Assembly: GCA_043228905.1 (NCBI GenBank)
Contig: JBHGNT010000014.1
Location: 9,796,001 to 9,860,000, forward strand
Source: Azolla caroliniana
Lineage: Eukaryota > Plantae > Polypodiophyta
Direction of reading: 5' to 3'
DNA: 64,000 bases
Part shown: positions 49,017-60,184 of the stretch, in pieces
Layout of the letters: every line of letters starts with the position of its first letter
Position numbering within the stretch: position 1 is the stretch's first letter
Notes under the pieces: generated by a model
What the model was told of the DNA's origin: nothing
What the model saw: the letters and a program-made list of their open reading frames with translations, nothing else
Database searches by the model: none
Translations under genes and position numbers: made by a program

Positions 49017-52000
49017 TGTAAGGAATAGGCCCTTCTATCCACCTTCTTATCTCGGCCACAACCGATTAATCGCGGATCAATGGAGCAGAAAATAGGAAAC
49101 ACACGTAGAAACAAAACGAAGAAACGCGAGTACACAAGGATTAACGTGGAAAACCCTAAACGGGGAAAAACCACGGGAGTACAAGACTCCAAACAACACT
49201 ATACAGAGAAGTATACAATGACGAGCTCCAAGGCGACGACCTTGAGCTCGCTGTCCTCGCCACAGGCGGCGGAAATACACAGAGGCGTCTACCTCTTTCT
49301 CTTCGCGCTCTCTCTCTTTCTCTCTCACACGGCTGCTCTCTCTTCACTCCTCTAAAGTGGAAAAACAGAAAAATGAGAAGCAACAGAAAAACTGTTTGCC
49401 CTAAGTCATATTTATACTTATATGACTTTGGGCTATTTACAACTATAGCCTCAGGGGGCTCGTAGCGAACATATTCACGGATATGTCCCTGCATCCGGAT
49501 CGCTCTCCGGGTACATTCGTCATCCGGCACCGAAGCCGGGGTCTTCGTCATCCGGATCCGAAACCGAAACCGGGCTTGTCGGCATTCATCTCCGATATCC
49601 GACCATCCCATCCGAAAGGGACCGAAATCCCAACAAACTCCCCCTTCACTTCGGCATGGGATGTCTTTCCAATCCGATCCTCTTCCGGCATGCTTCCAGC
49701 TTGTCGGGTGTGAGCACCTTGGTCAGCATATCCGACCCGTTCTCGTCGGTGTGGATCTTCGTCAGCACGAACTCCTTGTCTTCTATCCTTTCCCGGATCC
49801 AGTGATATCTTCGCTGGATGTGCTTCGTCCGGGAGTGATAGGCTGCGTTCTTCGCAAGGTGGATGGCACTCTGACTGTCGCAGTAGAGTCGGTACTCCTC
49901 TTGCCGGATACCGAGCTCTCTAATGAAGTCCTTCATCCATATTATTTCCTTGCCGGCTTCAACAGCCGCCATGTACTCCGCCTCCGTGGTTGACAACGCA
50001 ACCGTCTTCTGCAGCCTCGACTGCCACGAAACAGCTCCCCCTGCATACGTCATCACATACCCTGATGTGGACCGGCTGGTATCTGCATCAGCCGACATAT
50101 CAGAATCAGTAAAGCCTTCGAGTTCGGGCTTACCGGAGCCGAATCGGAGGCACACGTTTGCCGTGCCCTTCAGGTATCGGAGTATCCACTTGACCGCGTT
50201 CCAGTGCTCTTTGCCGGGATTGCTCATGTACCGGCTCACCACTCCGACTGCATATCCTATGTCCGGTCTCGTACACACCATGGCGTACATCAAGCTCCCG
50301 ACGGCTGAGGCATACGGCACTTCCATCATATCCTCCTTTTCAGCCTTTGTCTTGGGACTTTGCTTGCTGGTCAGCTTGCAGTTTGCCGGGAGGGTCGATC
50401 CGACCGGTCTTGCTTCCGACATGTTGAACCGTTGAAGCACCTTTGTCACGTACTTCTCCTGTGACAGCCACAACTGCTTCTTCTTCCGGTCCCGGATGAT
50501 GTGCATCCCTAGTATTTGCCTCGCCGGACCCAGGTCCTTCATTGAGAAGGTTCGGTGAAGAGCCTTCTTCAGCATCCGTATCTTGACCTGGTCCCGTCCG
50601 ACGATCAACATGTCGTCCACGTACAGGAGGAGTATTAGGAAGTCTCCTCCTTCAAACTTCTTCACAAACACGCAGTGGTCGGACTGCGTTTTGAGGTACC
50701 CTTCGTCGGTCATGAAGGAGTCGAACTTCCGGTACCATTGCCGGGGAGCCTGCTTCAGTCCGTAAAGGCTCTTCTTCAACCGGCATACCAGGTGCTCCTT
50801 CCCTTTCTTCTCGAATCCTTCCGGTTGCTGCATGTAGATTTCTTCTTCGAGGTCACCGTGAAGGAATGCTGTCTTCACGTCCATCTGTTCTACCTCGAGG
50901 TCCATGCTTGCCGCTATGCTCAGCACCGTCCGGATGGAGGTCATCTTCACTACCGGGGCAAATATCTCGTCGAAGTCGACGCCCTTCTTTTGCTGAAACC
51001 CCTTCACCACGATCCTGGCTTTGTATCTCGGGGGGTTTCCGGCATCTCCCGGTTTCAGCTTGAACACCCACTTGTTTCGAAGTGCCCGCTTTCCCTTCGG
51101 CAACTCCACAAGTTCATATGTGTGGTTCTCATGCAGGGAATCCATCTCGTCCTGCATGGCACTCAACCACCTGCGGCTCTGGGTGTCATGCTTCGCTTCT
51201 TCAAAGCTCTCCGGCTCCCCCTCGTCGGTTAGCAGCACGTGCTCTGGTTCCGGAAATCTCCGGGGGGCCCTTCTCTCTCTTAGAGGATATCTCCGTTCCG
51301 GAGCTTCGGTAACCGGTTCTTCCGATTCTTCTTCATCCGAGACCATTTCGGGATCGGGGCCGGTTCCGGTATCATTTTCATCTTCTTCGGCCGGTTCTGT
51401 GTCTTCACTGTCTTCGGCCGGATCCTCGAGTGCTAACCGGTCCCTTGCCGGTCGGGACTGCTCCTCGTAGAGTTGATCCTCACCGGTCGACTTGGAGCTC
51501 TTCATCTTCTTCTCCGACTCCCAGTCGGCGAGCGTCTTGTTCTCCATGAAGATGATATCACGACTCCGGAATATCTTCTTGTCGACCGGGTCCCATACTC
51601 GGTAGCCGAACTCGTCGTCGCCGTAACCGAGGAATATGCATGGCCGGGTCTTCGGATCTAGCTTTCCTCTCCGGTCCTTTGCCACATGCACGTATGCGAG
51701 ACACCCGAACACCTTCAGATGCCGGTAGGACACTTCCTTACCGGTCCACACTCTCTGCGGCGTGTCTCCGTCCAAAGGTACTGAGGGTGATCTGTTTATC
51801 ACGTATGTCGCCGTCGACATTGCCTCAGCCCAAAACCCCTTGGGTAATTTCGCATGCGCCAGCATACTCCGGACCCGCTCCATTATGGTCCGGTTCATCC
51901 TCTCGGCCAGCCCGTTCAGTTCCGGCGTCTTCGGCACAGTAAACTCGAGTCGGATTCCCTTCGAGCGACAGTACTCCTGGAACTGCCCCCGGTATTCCCC

Positions 52001-54367
52001 TCCGTTATCCGCTCGTATCGCTTTCAGCTTCTTGCCGGATTCCCTTTCCACTCTCGCGTGGAGTTCTTTGAAGACGGACAACACTTGGTCCTTTGTCTTC
52101 AACGGTGCCGTCCACAGCTTCCGGCTGTGATCATCAATGAATGTCACGAAGTACTGGGCTCCGCCATGTGACTTCGTTTCTACCTGACACACATCAGTGT
52201 GCACCAACTCCAATGGTGCGCTACGTCTCGTCGGTGGCCTTGAGTGGAAGGAGGTTCGGTTCTGCTTACCGGCCAGGCAATCGGTGCACTTCTCCAGGTG
52301 CACGTGCTTCACTGGGATGAGGTTGTCTTCTGCAAGCCTCTTCATCCCCTTCTCACTCATGTGGCACAGTCTTTTGTGCCACAGCTCACCGGCAGTGTCG
52401 GCTGCCACATTCAGCTCTTCCGGACATAACCGGGCATTCATCAGGTACAGTGTGTTGACCTTCCGGGCCCGAACCACTATCAAGCTCCCCTTGCTGAACT
52501 TCATGACACCGTTCCGGATGCTACCCGTGTAGCCTTCATCATCTAGCCTCCCGGCCGAAATCAGGTTCAATCGGACCTCCGGAACGTGTCGGACATCTTT
52601 CAGCAGCATTTTGCATCCGGTCGGGGTTGTCAACCACACGTCTCCTATGCCGGCAATCCGGCACGTACCTTCATTTCCCATCCGAACACAGCCATGCTCG
52701 CCGGCTGTGTAGGATGAGAAGTATCTTCTCTCCGGGGTCAGGTGGAACGATGCTCCGGAATCGACCACCCAGGTCGTCTCATCGCCGGCAACGTTTAGCT
52801 CACCTTCTTCGGTGATGAGCATGATTTCTTCCTCACTTGCCGCGAGTGCCGTTGTTCCTTTCCGGTCTTGCCCTCGCCAATCCGAACCTCTCCGGTCCGT
52901 GGCTCCCCGGTATGCACCGTTTCTCTCCGGTGACTTCTTCGAGTCGGTGTCGTCGGCTCCGTTGTCTTTTCGGTAATGCCGACAATTCTTTCGGAAGTGC
53001 CCCGGCTTCCCACAGTGGAAGCATGTGGGCCTTCCTCTTGACTGCGACCGGGTCCCCGACTTCTCCCGTCTTTGCGGACTCCGGTTCCATTGTCTTCCCC
53101 GATCCGATTCGGTAAACAGCATCTTCGGGTCGGAGGCCGGTTCCTTATCTCTCCGACGCGCTTCTTCATTCAGAATACTTGTCTTTACAGTTTGTAAGGA
53201 CAAGTTATCTTCGGTGCACGAGGTGCTGAGAGTCACCACCAAGTTCTCCCAGCTTTCCGGCAATGTACACATCAGGATGATGGCTTGCATTGCATCCTCC
53301 AACGGGAACTTGATCGCCGCAAGCTGGTTCACGAATCCCATGAACGTGCTTACGTGTTCCACCATACTCTCGCCGTCCCGATACTTGAGATTCACAATCT
53401 TCCTCATCAGGGAGGTCCGGTTCAACGCATTCTTCCTCTCATAGAGGCCAGACAGCTTCTTCCACATCTCGTATGCGTTGGTGTCGTTAGCCACATGTTG
53501 CAGGACGCTTACGTCGACATATTGTCGGATCGTCGCTACGGCTTTCCGGTTCAGGAGCTTCCACTCCGACTCAAGTACCCCCTTCGGTATTTCCGACCTG
53601 TCAATCGGTTCGTACAGGTCCCGAACAATCAGAAGATCCTCCATCTTGATCTTCCAGTCGGCGTAATTCTGTGCATTCAGCACCATCATCATCGGCTGCC
53701 CGCTGCCGCCGCCTTCCATTTTCTGCAACAGTCGCTCTGATACCAGTTTGTAAGGAATAGGCCCTTCTATCCACCTTCTTATCTCGGCCACAACCGATTA
53801 ATCGCGGATCAATGGAGTAGAAAATAGGAAACACACGTAGAAACAAAACGAAGAAACGCGAGTACACAAGGATTAACGTGGAAAACCCTAAACGGGGAAA
53901 AACCACGGGAGTACAAGACTCCAAACAACACTATACAGAGAAGTATACAATGACGAGCTCCAAGGCGACGACCTTGAGCTCGCTGTCCTCGCCACAGGCG
54001 GCGGAAATACACAGAGGCGTCTACCTCTTTCTCTTCGCGCTCTCTCTCTTTCTCTCTCACACGGCTGCTCTCTCTTCACTCCTCTAAAGTGGAAAAACAG
54101 AAAAATGAGAAGCAACAGAAAAACTATTTGCCCTAAGTCATATTTATACTTATATGACTTTGGGCTATTTACAACTATAGCCTCAGGGGGCTCGTAGCGA
54201 ACATATTCACGGATATGTCCCTGCATCCGGATCGCTCTCCGGGTACATTCGTCATCCGGCACCGAAGCCGGGGTCTTCGTCATCCGGATCCGAAACCGAA
54301 ACCGGGCTTGTCGGCATTCATCTCCGATATCCGACCATCCCATCCGAAAGGGACCGAAATCCCAACA
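49017..54367 (-). mobile_element. Copia-2: intact, very young Ty1/Copia (Tnt1/Tork-like) inserted in the 3' LTR of A
   Basis: 619-bp LTRs 49017-49635 and 53749-54367 with only two differences seen; TSD CTATC; PBS TGGTATCAGAGC (53734-53745); PPT GTGAAGGGGGAG. Confidence 0.97.
49646..53719 (-). CDS. Copia gag-pol polyprotein (gag, PR, INT, RT, RNaseH), about 1357 aa, uninterrupted
   Basis: CFHCGKPGHFRKNC, WVVDSGAS, WHKRLCH...[58 protein letters not shown]. Confidence 0.96.
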   Translation of the reverse strand: MEGGGSGQPMMMVLNAQNYADWKIKMEDLLIVRDLYEPIDRSEIPKGVLESEWKLLNRKAVATIRQYVDVSVLQHVANDTNAYEMWKKLSGLYERKNALNRTSLMRKIVNLKYRDGESMVEHVSTFMGFVNQLAAIKFPLEDAMQAIILMCTLPESWENLVVTLSTSCTEDNLSLQTVKTSILNEEARRRDKEPASDPKMLFTESDRGRQWNRSPQRREKSGTRSQSRGRPTCFHCGKPGHFRKNCRHYRKDNGADDTDSKKSPERNGAYRGATDRRGSDWRGQDRKGTTALAASEEEIMLITEEGELNVAGDETTWVVDSGASFHLTPERRYFSSYTAGEHGCVRMGNEGTCRIAGIGDVWLTTPTGCKMLLKDVRHVPEVRLNLISAGRLDDEGYTGSIRNGVMKFSKGSLIVVRARKVNTLYLMNARLCPEELNVAADTAGELWHKRLCHMSEKGMKRLAEDNLIPVKHVHLEKCTDCLAGKQNRTSFHSRPPTRRSAPLELVHTDVCQVETKSHGGAQYFVTFIDDHSRKLWTAPLKTKDQVLSVFKELHARVERESGKKLKAIRADNGGEYRGQFQEYCRSKGIRLEFTVPKTPELNGLAERMNRTIMERVRSMLAHAKLPKGFWAEAMSTATYVINRSPSVPLDGDTPQRVWTGKEVSYRHLKVFGCLAYVHVAKDRRGKLDPKTRPCIFLGYGDDEFGYRVWDPVDKKIFRSRDIIFMENKTLADWESEKKMKSSKSTGEDQLYEEQSRPARDRLALEDPAEDSEDTEPAEEDENDTGTGPDPEMVSDEEESEEPVTEAPERRYPLRERRAPRRFPEPEHVLLTDEGEPESFEEAKHDTQSRRWLSAMQDEMDSLHENHTYELVELPKGKRALRNKWVFKLKPGDAGNPPRYKARIVVKGFQQKKGVDFDEIFAPVVKMTSIRTVLSIAASMDLEVEQMDVKTAFLHGDLEEEIYMQQPEGFEKKGKEHLVCRLKKSLYGLKQAPRQWYRKFDSFMTDEGYLKTQSDHCVFVKKFEGGDFLILLLYVDDMLIVGRDQVKIRMLKKALHRTFSMKDLGPARQILGMHIIRDRKKKQLWLSQEKYVTKVLQRFNMSEARPVGSTLPANCKLTSKQSPKTKAEKEDMMEVPYASAVGSLMYAMVCTRPDIGYAVGVVSRYMSNPGKEHWNAVKWILRYLKGTANVCLRFGSGKPELEGFTDSDMSADADTSRSTSGYVMTYAGGAVSWQSRLQKTVALSTTEAEYMAAVEAGKEIIWMKDFIRELGIRQEEYRLYCDSQSAIHLAKNAAYHSRTKHIQRRYHWIRERIEDKEFVLTKIHTDENGSDMLTKVLTPDKLEACRKRIGLERHPMPK

Positions 54368-54504
54368 CTATCCAGAACCAATCCGGAAGCTGCCGGTTAC
54401 GAAAACAACAGAGTCGGATCATTACCCCATAACCACCCTTTGGTGAAGTGATCCGGAAGGACACCTTGTGTTAGCGGCTAGTCCAGCCCAGGATTAACAA
54501 GAAT

Positions 54505-55071
54505 GTCACATTCTTAGGATAGGTTAAGGATATGAAAGGGTCGGGCGTCCACTAATTAGGATGTCAGAGTTGTAGAATCGTTAAATCTACTTGTTGAACA
54601 TGCATCCTCTAGTAGAATTCCACTTTTGTAATATATATTATAAGAATGAGTTGTGCATGCCACTTTTGTACACTTCAGGAGAGAATTGTTGCCATGATGC
54701 AACATGCCGAACTATCACATGGTTTCTAGGCAGAGACACTACTCACTACCGTGCACATATTAACATGTCATCGAGTAGGCCTCTAGGGCTTCAAATCCCG
54801 CAGGAGCTTTGGACTGTTATTCATATAGGTGTATGGAGGGATAAGGTGTAATGTGTATGGTCTAAGGTGTTTAATGTATATGAGTGTGTGAGGATGAGTA
54901 TGTGTGAGCACATGCACAATTATGTGCATGTGACAAGACTGTAATGGTATTCTTTGTGTAATGGTCATATTATTAACCCTTACATTATGTACTATAAAAA
55001 CCCCTTATGGGGCACATAATGGAAATATAGCTTTTTCCCCTCATTTCTATGTCATTTCGTATGTTCACTTT

Positions 55072-55110
<39 letters not shown>

Positions 55111-55907
55111 GTATGGGACACTGATCGAGGCTCGAGTCCATTTCGATCCCTTCGTTTGGGGGTGGTCGGGTGGATCGACACCCTTCTTTCTCTCTCTCCT
55201 TTCTGTCTATCTATCTATCTATCTTTTATCCTTATCATATTCTTACTTTAGATCATATCTCTAATAGTTGGTATTAGAGCTCATGTTCTAATATTTCTTT
55301 TGTTGTCTTTTGTCTTCTTGATTGATGGTAATCGATCGACGTGCAATCGGCCTTGATCCAGACAACGATCAACAAAGGAACTTCGGTAATATTTCTTGTT
55401 TTTTATTCTATTTTTTCTTCTCCCTTCTAATCATGTATATGGTCATATGTAATTTTTTTTTCATTAATTGAATGATGTTGTAGTGGTAATTAATTGGTTA
55501 TATAAAACGTTTACATATGTGCATGAGGTCAATACCTCATTTGACATATATTTAATATGTGATTAGTGTCGTATGTGTATGAGGTTAATACCTCAATTAC
55601 GTATTACGTTCACAAACATATGTTACGTTTGCGTATGAGGTCAATACCTCGATTTCTATTTAAATGATATGCGTTCGGTGTCGTATGCGTAAGAGGTCAA
55701 TACCTCAATTGCATATTACGATTAACCCTTATTTTTGGATGTTTCGTGTGCATAGAGGCTATATGCCTCGATTACGTGTCTCGATTTCATCATATGTTGG
55801 CTATTTGATGTTACGATTTTTTTTTAATATACACCTATGTGGTCATGTGTATACGTATTTGATCGTATTTATGTGATAAATAAACATGTGTATATTTGAT
55901 ATTACGT
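54505..55907 (+). mobile_element. Element G: probable old LTR remnant with PBS and 5' internal region (LTR may start near 18380 and be split by A)
   Basis: TATA CTATAAAAA at about 54992, (CT)n, LTR-like end at about 55266, PBS-like TGGTATTAGAGC at 55269, then a hairpin array. No coding sequence visible. Confidence 0.5.
55515..55775. repeat. Five hairpin units GAGG(T/C)-N4/5-(A/G)CCTC at 56-bp period
   Basis: Cores start at 55525, 55581, 55637, 55693 and 55755. Confidence 0.85.
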
Positions 55908-56391
55908 TGTTGTGCCTTCCGGCGCCAGATCGTTTGCACGAGTCGGGTGGGAACCACTGGGGTTTTGGACTAGGAGAAAGAAGAATATGAGATAATGTTA
56001 GTTACGAAGAGATTGCAAGAAGAAGATATGAAACTCGTGAATTCCACGAGTATAGTGTATTAATTGATACTTAGATTGTAAGAGAGAAATAGATGGCAAA
56101 ATCGTGAATCCCACGATTATTTTATATTATTCAAACCTTATAAAAATCAACAATCCCTATACATCTTTCTGTCTTCCTTATATAGTGTTGGAAGAGTCTA
56201 AGTTTATCACATGCAAGCATCATGCTTTTCCTAACTTTAGTTCTCATGCACACTACATGTGTATGGTTAGCTTCCTATCCCATCTTTTCTTTTAACTCGA
56301 GTGTGTATGCATGAATAACTTTTTGTACTATGCATATCTAGAATATTTACATGGGATAAAGTTTAGTATAACTTTAAAATTCATAATATGC

Positions 56392-56450
56392 TATTATAGT
56401 GGTAAGGCTTAAAAATCGTTAACATGGAGGTATAGGGTTTGAATCCTGCC
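56392..56450 (+). other. tRNA-like A-box/B-box module in the E LTR
   Basis: TATAGTGGTAAGG...GGAGGTATAGGGTTTGAATCCTGCC; spacing 37 nt. Confidence 0.6.
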
Positions 56451-57046
56451 CTATGCATGTAACAATCTTTTCTTCTATTTACAAATTTGTCTCTTCATCC
56501 AGTGGGTTCCTCCTTGCCGGTTCCATTCGGAGGGACAAAAATGCAATTTTCACGCAGTGTGTGAATTACACTATGACACTCGCCCCCTCCAAACCTGCAC
56601 ATCCTCCGGTATGTGCCGAAGTTCCCGATGCTTGTTGTTCGTCTTCATCCATAACACTACCCAATTCCTCCCTTATATCAACCATCAATTGTAGACCACT
56701 TTCTTCGCTTTCCGCATCACCGCGATCTTTGTCTGGTTGCTCCTCGTTGTCGGTCTTGTCTAGGGTTACATAGGGTTCGTCGTCAGTCTGCTTCTTGAAG
56801 ATCTTTACCCGTTTTCCCGCTATAGGCACTCGTAGTATCGTCCCATCCAACTTGCATAGTCGGTAAGTTCTGTTGTCGAAAATTTTCGGAACATCGTATG
56901 GCCCGAACCACCTTTTCATGAACTTCCGTATTGTTGTATGTTGATGATCTAGACTACTGTCATAGACAATCACCCAATCTCCTTCTTCAATCTTCCACAG
57001 TCGTAGTCAATGCTTTGTGTCGAATCAACTTTTGTTCTTGAATTGC

Positions 57047-57792
57047 GCTTCTTGTTGTCGGCGTGTTGTTTCCGCTATGTCTTCCGGTCTTCCCTCTAGT
57101 TGTCGTATCCGAACCGCTAGTAGTTCTTCCCGGCTCATCTCTTCCTTCCATGGTAGCATTGTCCATGTCGCGATCGCGGTTTCCGTCGGCATTACCGGTG
57201 CTTGTCCAGTCATAAGTTCTGTCGGCATATAACCGGTTACGGAGCTATTCGTCGTTAGATCCGCCCATAGTGCATACGGGAGCATCTGTGGCCAATCCTT
57301 CACCCTTCCGTCGCATGCTTTGGCAAGTGCTTTGACAATCAGACTATGTTCTCGTTCGATTTTCCCGTTGGCCTCCGGATTGTATGCCATTGTTAGTGTT
57401 AACCGAACTCCATGTTAACCGAGCTTCTTGTTGTCGGCGTGTTGTTTCCGCTATGTCTTCCGGTCTTCCCTCTAGTTTTCGTATCCGAACCGCTAGTAGT
57501 TCTTCCCGGCTCATCTCTTCCTTCCATGGTAGCATTGTCCATGTCGCGATCGCGGTTTCCGTCGGCATTACCGGTGCTTGTCCAGTCATAAGTTCTGTCG
57601 GCATATAACCGGTTACGGAGCTATTCGTCGTTCGATCCGCCCATAGTGCATACGGGAGCATCTGTGGCCAATCCTTCACCCTTCCGTCGCATGCTTTGGC
57701 AAGTGCTTTGACAATCAGACTATGTTCTCGTTCGATTTTCCCGTTGGCCTCCGGATTGTATGCCATTGTTAGTGTTAACCGAACTCCATGTT
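57047..57792. repeat. 370-bp tandem duplication with 6-nt filler in the integrase of E
   Basis: 57047-57416 matches 57423-57792 (two mismatches seen); filler AACCGA. Confidence 0.92.
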
Positions 57793-60184
57793 TGGTGAAG
57801 AATTCCTTAGCTTTATCAGAGTCGAGTTGTCCTTGATCCACAATCACTTGTCCTACGCACCCGTACCTGCAAAACACCTCCTCCAAAAGAAATTGGCATA
57901 CTATAGAACATGTTTTCATTCGTAGCGCCCGACCTTCTACTTGGTTTATGAGATCTTCCCGAGCTAACACCAAGTACTTCTTTTGTCCGGTCCTGGTTGG
58001 CATGGCTACAATATCAACCATCCATTTGAAGTTGATTGTCGGTGAGAATGTCGGATGTAACTCATCTCGGTATTGAACTCCGGAGTAGATTTGACACTTC
58101 TCGCAGCTTTCTGTGAACTCCGCTATATCTTTGTGCATATTCTTCCACCAATATTTTTGTTTGATTTTCACAAAAGTTTCCCTTGTCCCTCGATGTCAAG
58201 CCCAATCACATTCGTGAAACTCTGACATTATCCGGTTCGTTGCTCTTTCGTCCCGACTACCCGAAGTGGTATGCCATCCGGTCTTTTCGGTTCCCTCCAT
58301 ATTAATCCATTTTTCAAGAAGAACTTTTGGACTTGCCTCTTCTTCCTTCAGATCTCGGCTCTCTTCTCTTTATCGTCCGATGATTCCTCAATCTCTTGTA
58401 GCACCTTCCCGATCATCAAGATTTCTCCCTCGTATTCTTCTTCTCGGAATTCTCGGATTACATTTACTTGGCATATGTGCTCCGAAGCAAAGTAGTCTTT
58501 AGAAACTTCTTCATTATCGGATTCGGCTATGTCGTCTCCGAACCGAGCCCTTGATAGCATATCCGCTACCGCATTATCTTTTCTGGAGATGTGTCATACG
58601 TCCGGGTTAAGTGACTTAACATATGCAATCCATCTTAGCATAGCCACATCCGGTATTGTGGAACACCACATCATCCCGAGTATCGGAAGACAATCCATTT
58701 CGATCACTACTTCGGCTTCGATCAAATAATCTTGATCCGATTTGATTGCCGACACGACTCCCCATAATTCTGTTTTGACTTGAGCATATCCGTGTTGCCT
58801 CTCGTTGAGAACCTTTGCTCCAAATCGGATCGGATATCGCAACCCATCTGAGTCGGCTTGATTGATGACCCATTCGATCCCGGTTGGACTTGTATCAACC
58901 GTTACTATGATCGGTCGCTCATAGCTCGGCTTCTTAAGTGCTTCAGCCCTCCGTAGTGTTTTCTCGAGCTTCTTCATGGCTTTGGTGTGTTCCAGTTTCC
59001 ATTCGAACTTCTTCCCCTTCCGCAATAAGTGATAGAGTGGGTTCGCAATATGTGCATAGTGCAGAATCCATATGTGATAAAATGCACAAGCTCGAAGAAA
59101 CCTTCGGACTTCGGATTGTGACTCACATACTTCTTTTATAGCTTGAATCGCATCGATCTTGGTTGGTGATGGTCTTCGGCCGTAGGGCCCACATAGATGT
59201 TCAACTACCAATATCTCTTCTTGCCTGAATGCCGATTTCTCCTCGGAAAGTGTTAGGTGCACATCCTCTAACTTTCGAAGCACTTTCTCCCAATCACGAA
59301 TATGGTCGATTACGAACTTTCGGCATCCCCGATCATCCATAGTTTCATCTTTTTCTTCTACCGCGCATCCTTTCATCGGAATGTCATCTAGGAACGACAT
59401 CGTTATCTCCGGAATGCAATCTCGAAGCACCTTGTTCATTGCGTTCATCATATGTGCAACTGAGTTTGTCGCTCCTTGTGGTAGTGTGCACATTTAGACT
59501 AATCCTATCGGTGTCCACATGGTAGTGATGTCTCGCCTCTCCACAACTAGTGGGAATTGGTCATACCCCGAGTATAGGTCTCCGATGGAGTATATCGCAC
59601 GACCGGCAAATGCTTCTGCAAATTCGTCCACTATCGGACCGACTCCGGAGTTCCGGACCGTGACCTTGTTCACTAGTTGTAAGTCTTGGATAAATCGGAG
59701 TGACCCATTCTTCTTCGGAACCATAAACCATCGATTTGAGTACTGAGCGTTTGATGGCTCTAGGATCCCCATCGCCACCTTCTCCTTGAGAAAGTCGATG
59801 ATTTTGGGAATATGCACCCGCGGCACCGGAATCGGCTTCAGGTTCCACGACACATGGTCAATCGTGAAGATCACCATCGGCTCCACTATCTTCAGATCAA
59901 CACACCCTATCACCTTCGATGTGAAAATGCTTTCCCATGTTGTTCCAACATCCCACGGAATCGTTCTTCTTCATTTTGTAAAAGGAAATCACCTCCACCG
60001 ATCCGAAGTTTCTTCCGGGTGTCAAGTCTGAGAGAGAGAAAGAGGGAGAAAAAGAGACAGAGAGATAATTGAAAGAGAATTATTATATTGAAGCGTAAAA
60101 TGGATTACAAAGAGTAGGCTACAAAATGGCGTTGAACCAATTTAGGTTTGGGATGGGTGGTAGATCCCTATTTATAAGTAATAG

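Larger units (their letters stand above)
18424..54499 (+). mobile_element. Element A: decayed Ty3/Gypsy (non-chromovirus, Athila/Tat-like) LTR retrotransposon with an extra 3' ORF; host of nested insertions
   Basis: 5' LTR 18424-18884; 3' LTR 48687-54499, split by Copia-2; termini TGTT...AACA; TSD AGAAT at 18419-23 and 54500-04; PBS TGGCGACCAC. Domain order gag-PR-RT-RH-INT. Confidence 0.92.
55908..59919 (-). mobile_element. Element E: 3' half of a decayed B-family Gypsy (RT-RH-INT plus 3' LTR 55908-56578)
   Basis: IGDLYSGYDQ, CTLPQGATNSVAHM, FLDDIP, VDTSPTGI, YNPEANGKIER, RWFGPY; PPT GGAGGGGGCGAG; flank ACGT at 55904-07; interrupted by F at 59920. Confidence 0.88.

Noticed and set aside
49151-49160. 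Telomere-like AAACCCTAAA (also about 34622)
   Set aside because: Single telo-box units, not arrays; uninformative alone.
53720-53791. N-terminal extension MAEIRRW of the Copia ORF
   Set aside because: Begins inside the LTR/PBS at a non-ATG codon; the first ATG after the PBS is 53719.
18419-54514. Element A target site reconstructs to palindrome AGAATGT-C-ACATTCT
   Set aside because: Single 7-bp stem, plausible by chance, and not seen at the D target site.
54785-54800. B-box-like GGGCTTCAAATCCC in the G LTR as a fourth tRNA module
   Set aside because: Imperfect box, sense orientation and no A box at the correct spacing.
55515-55775. CRISPR array
   Set aside because: Eukaryotic context, no cas genes, 14-bp core, and spacers related to each other; kept as a hairpin tandem array.
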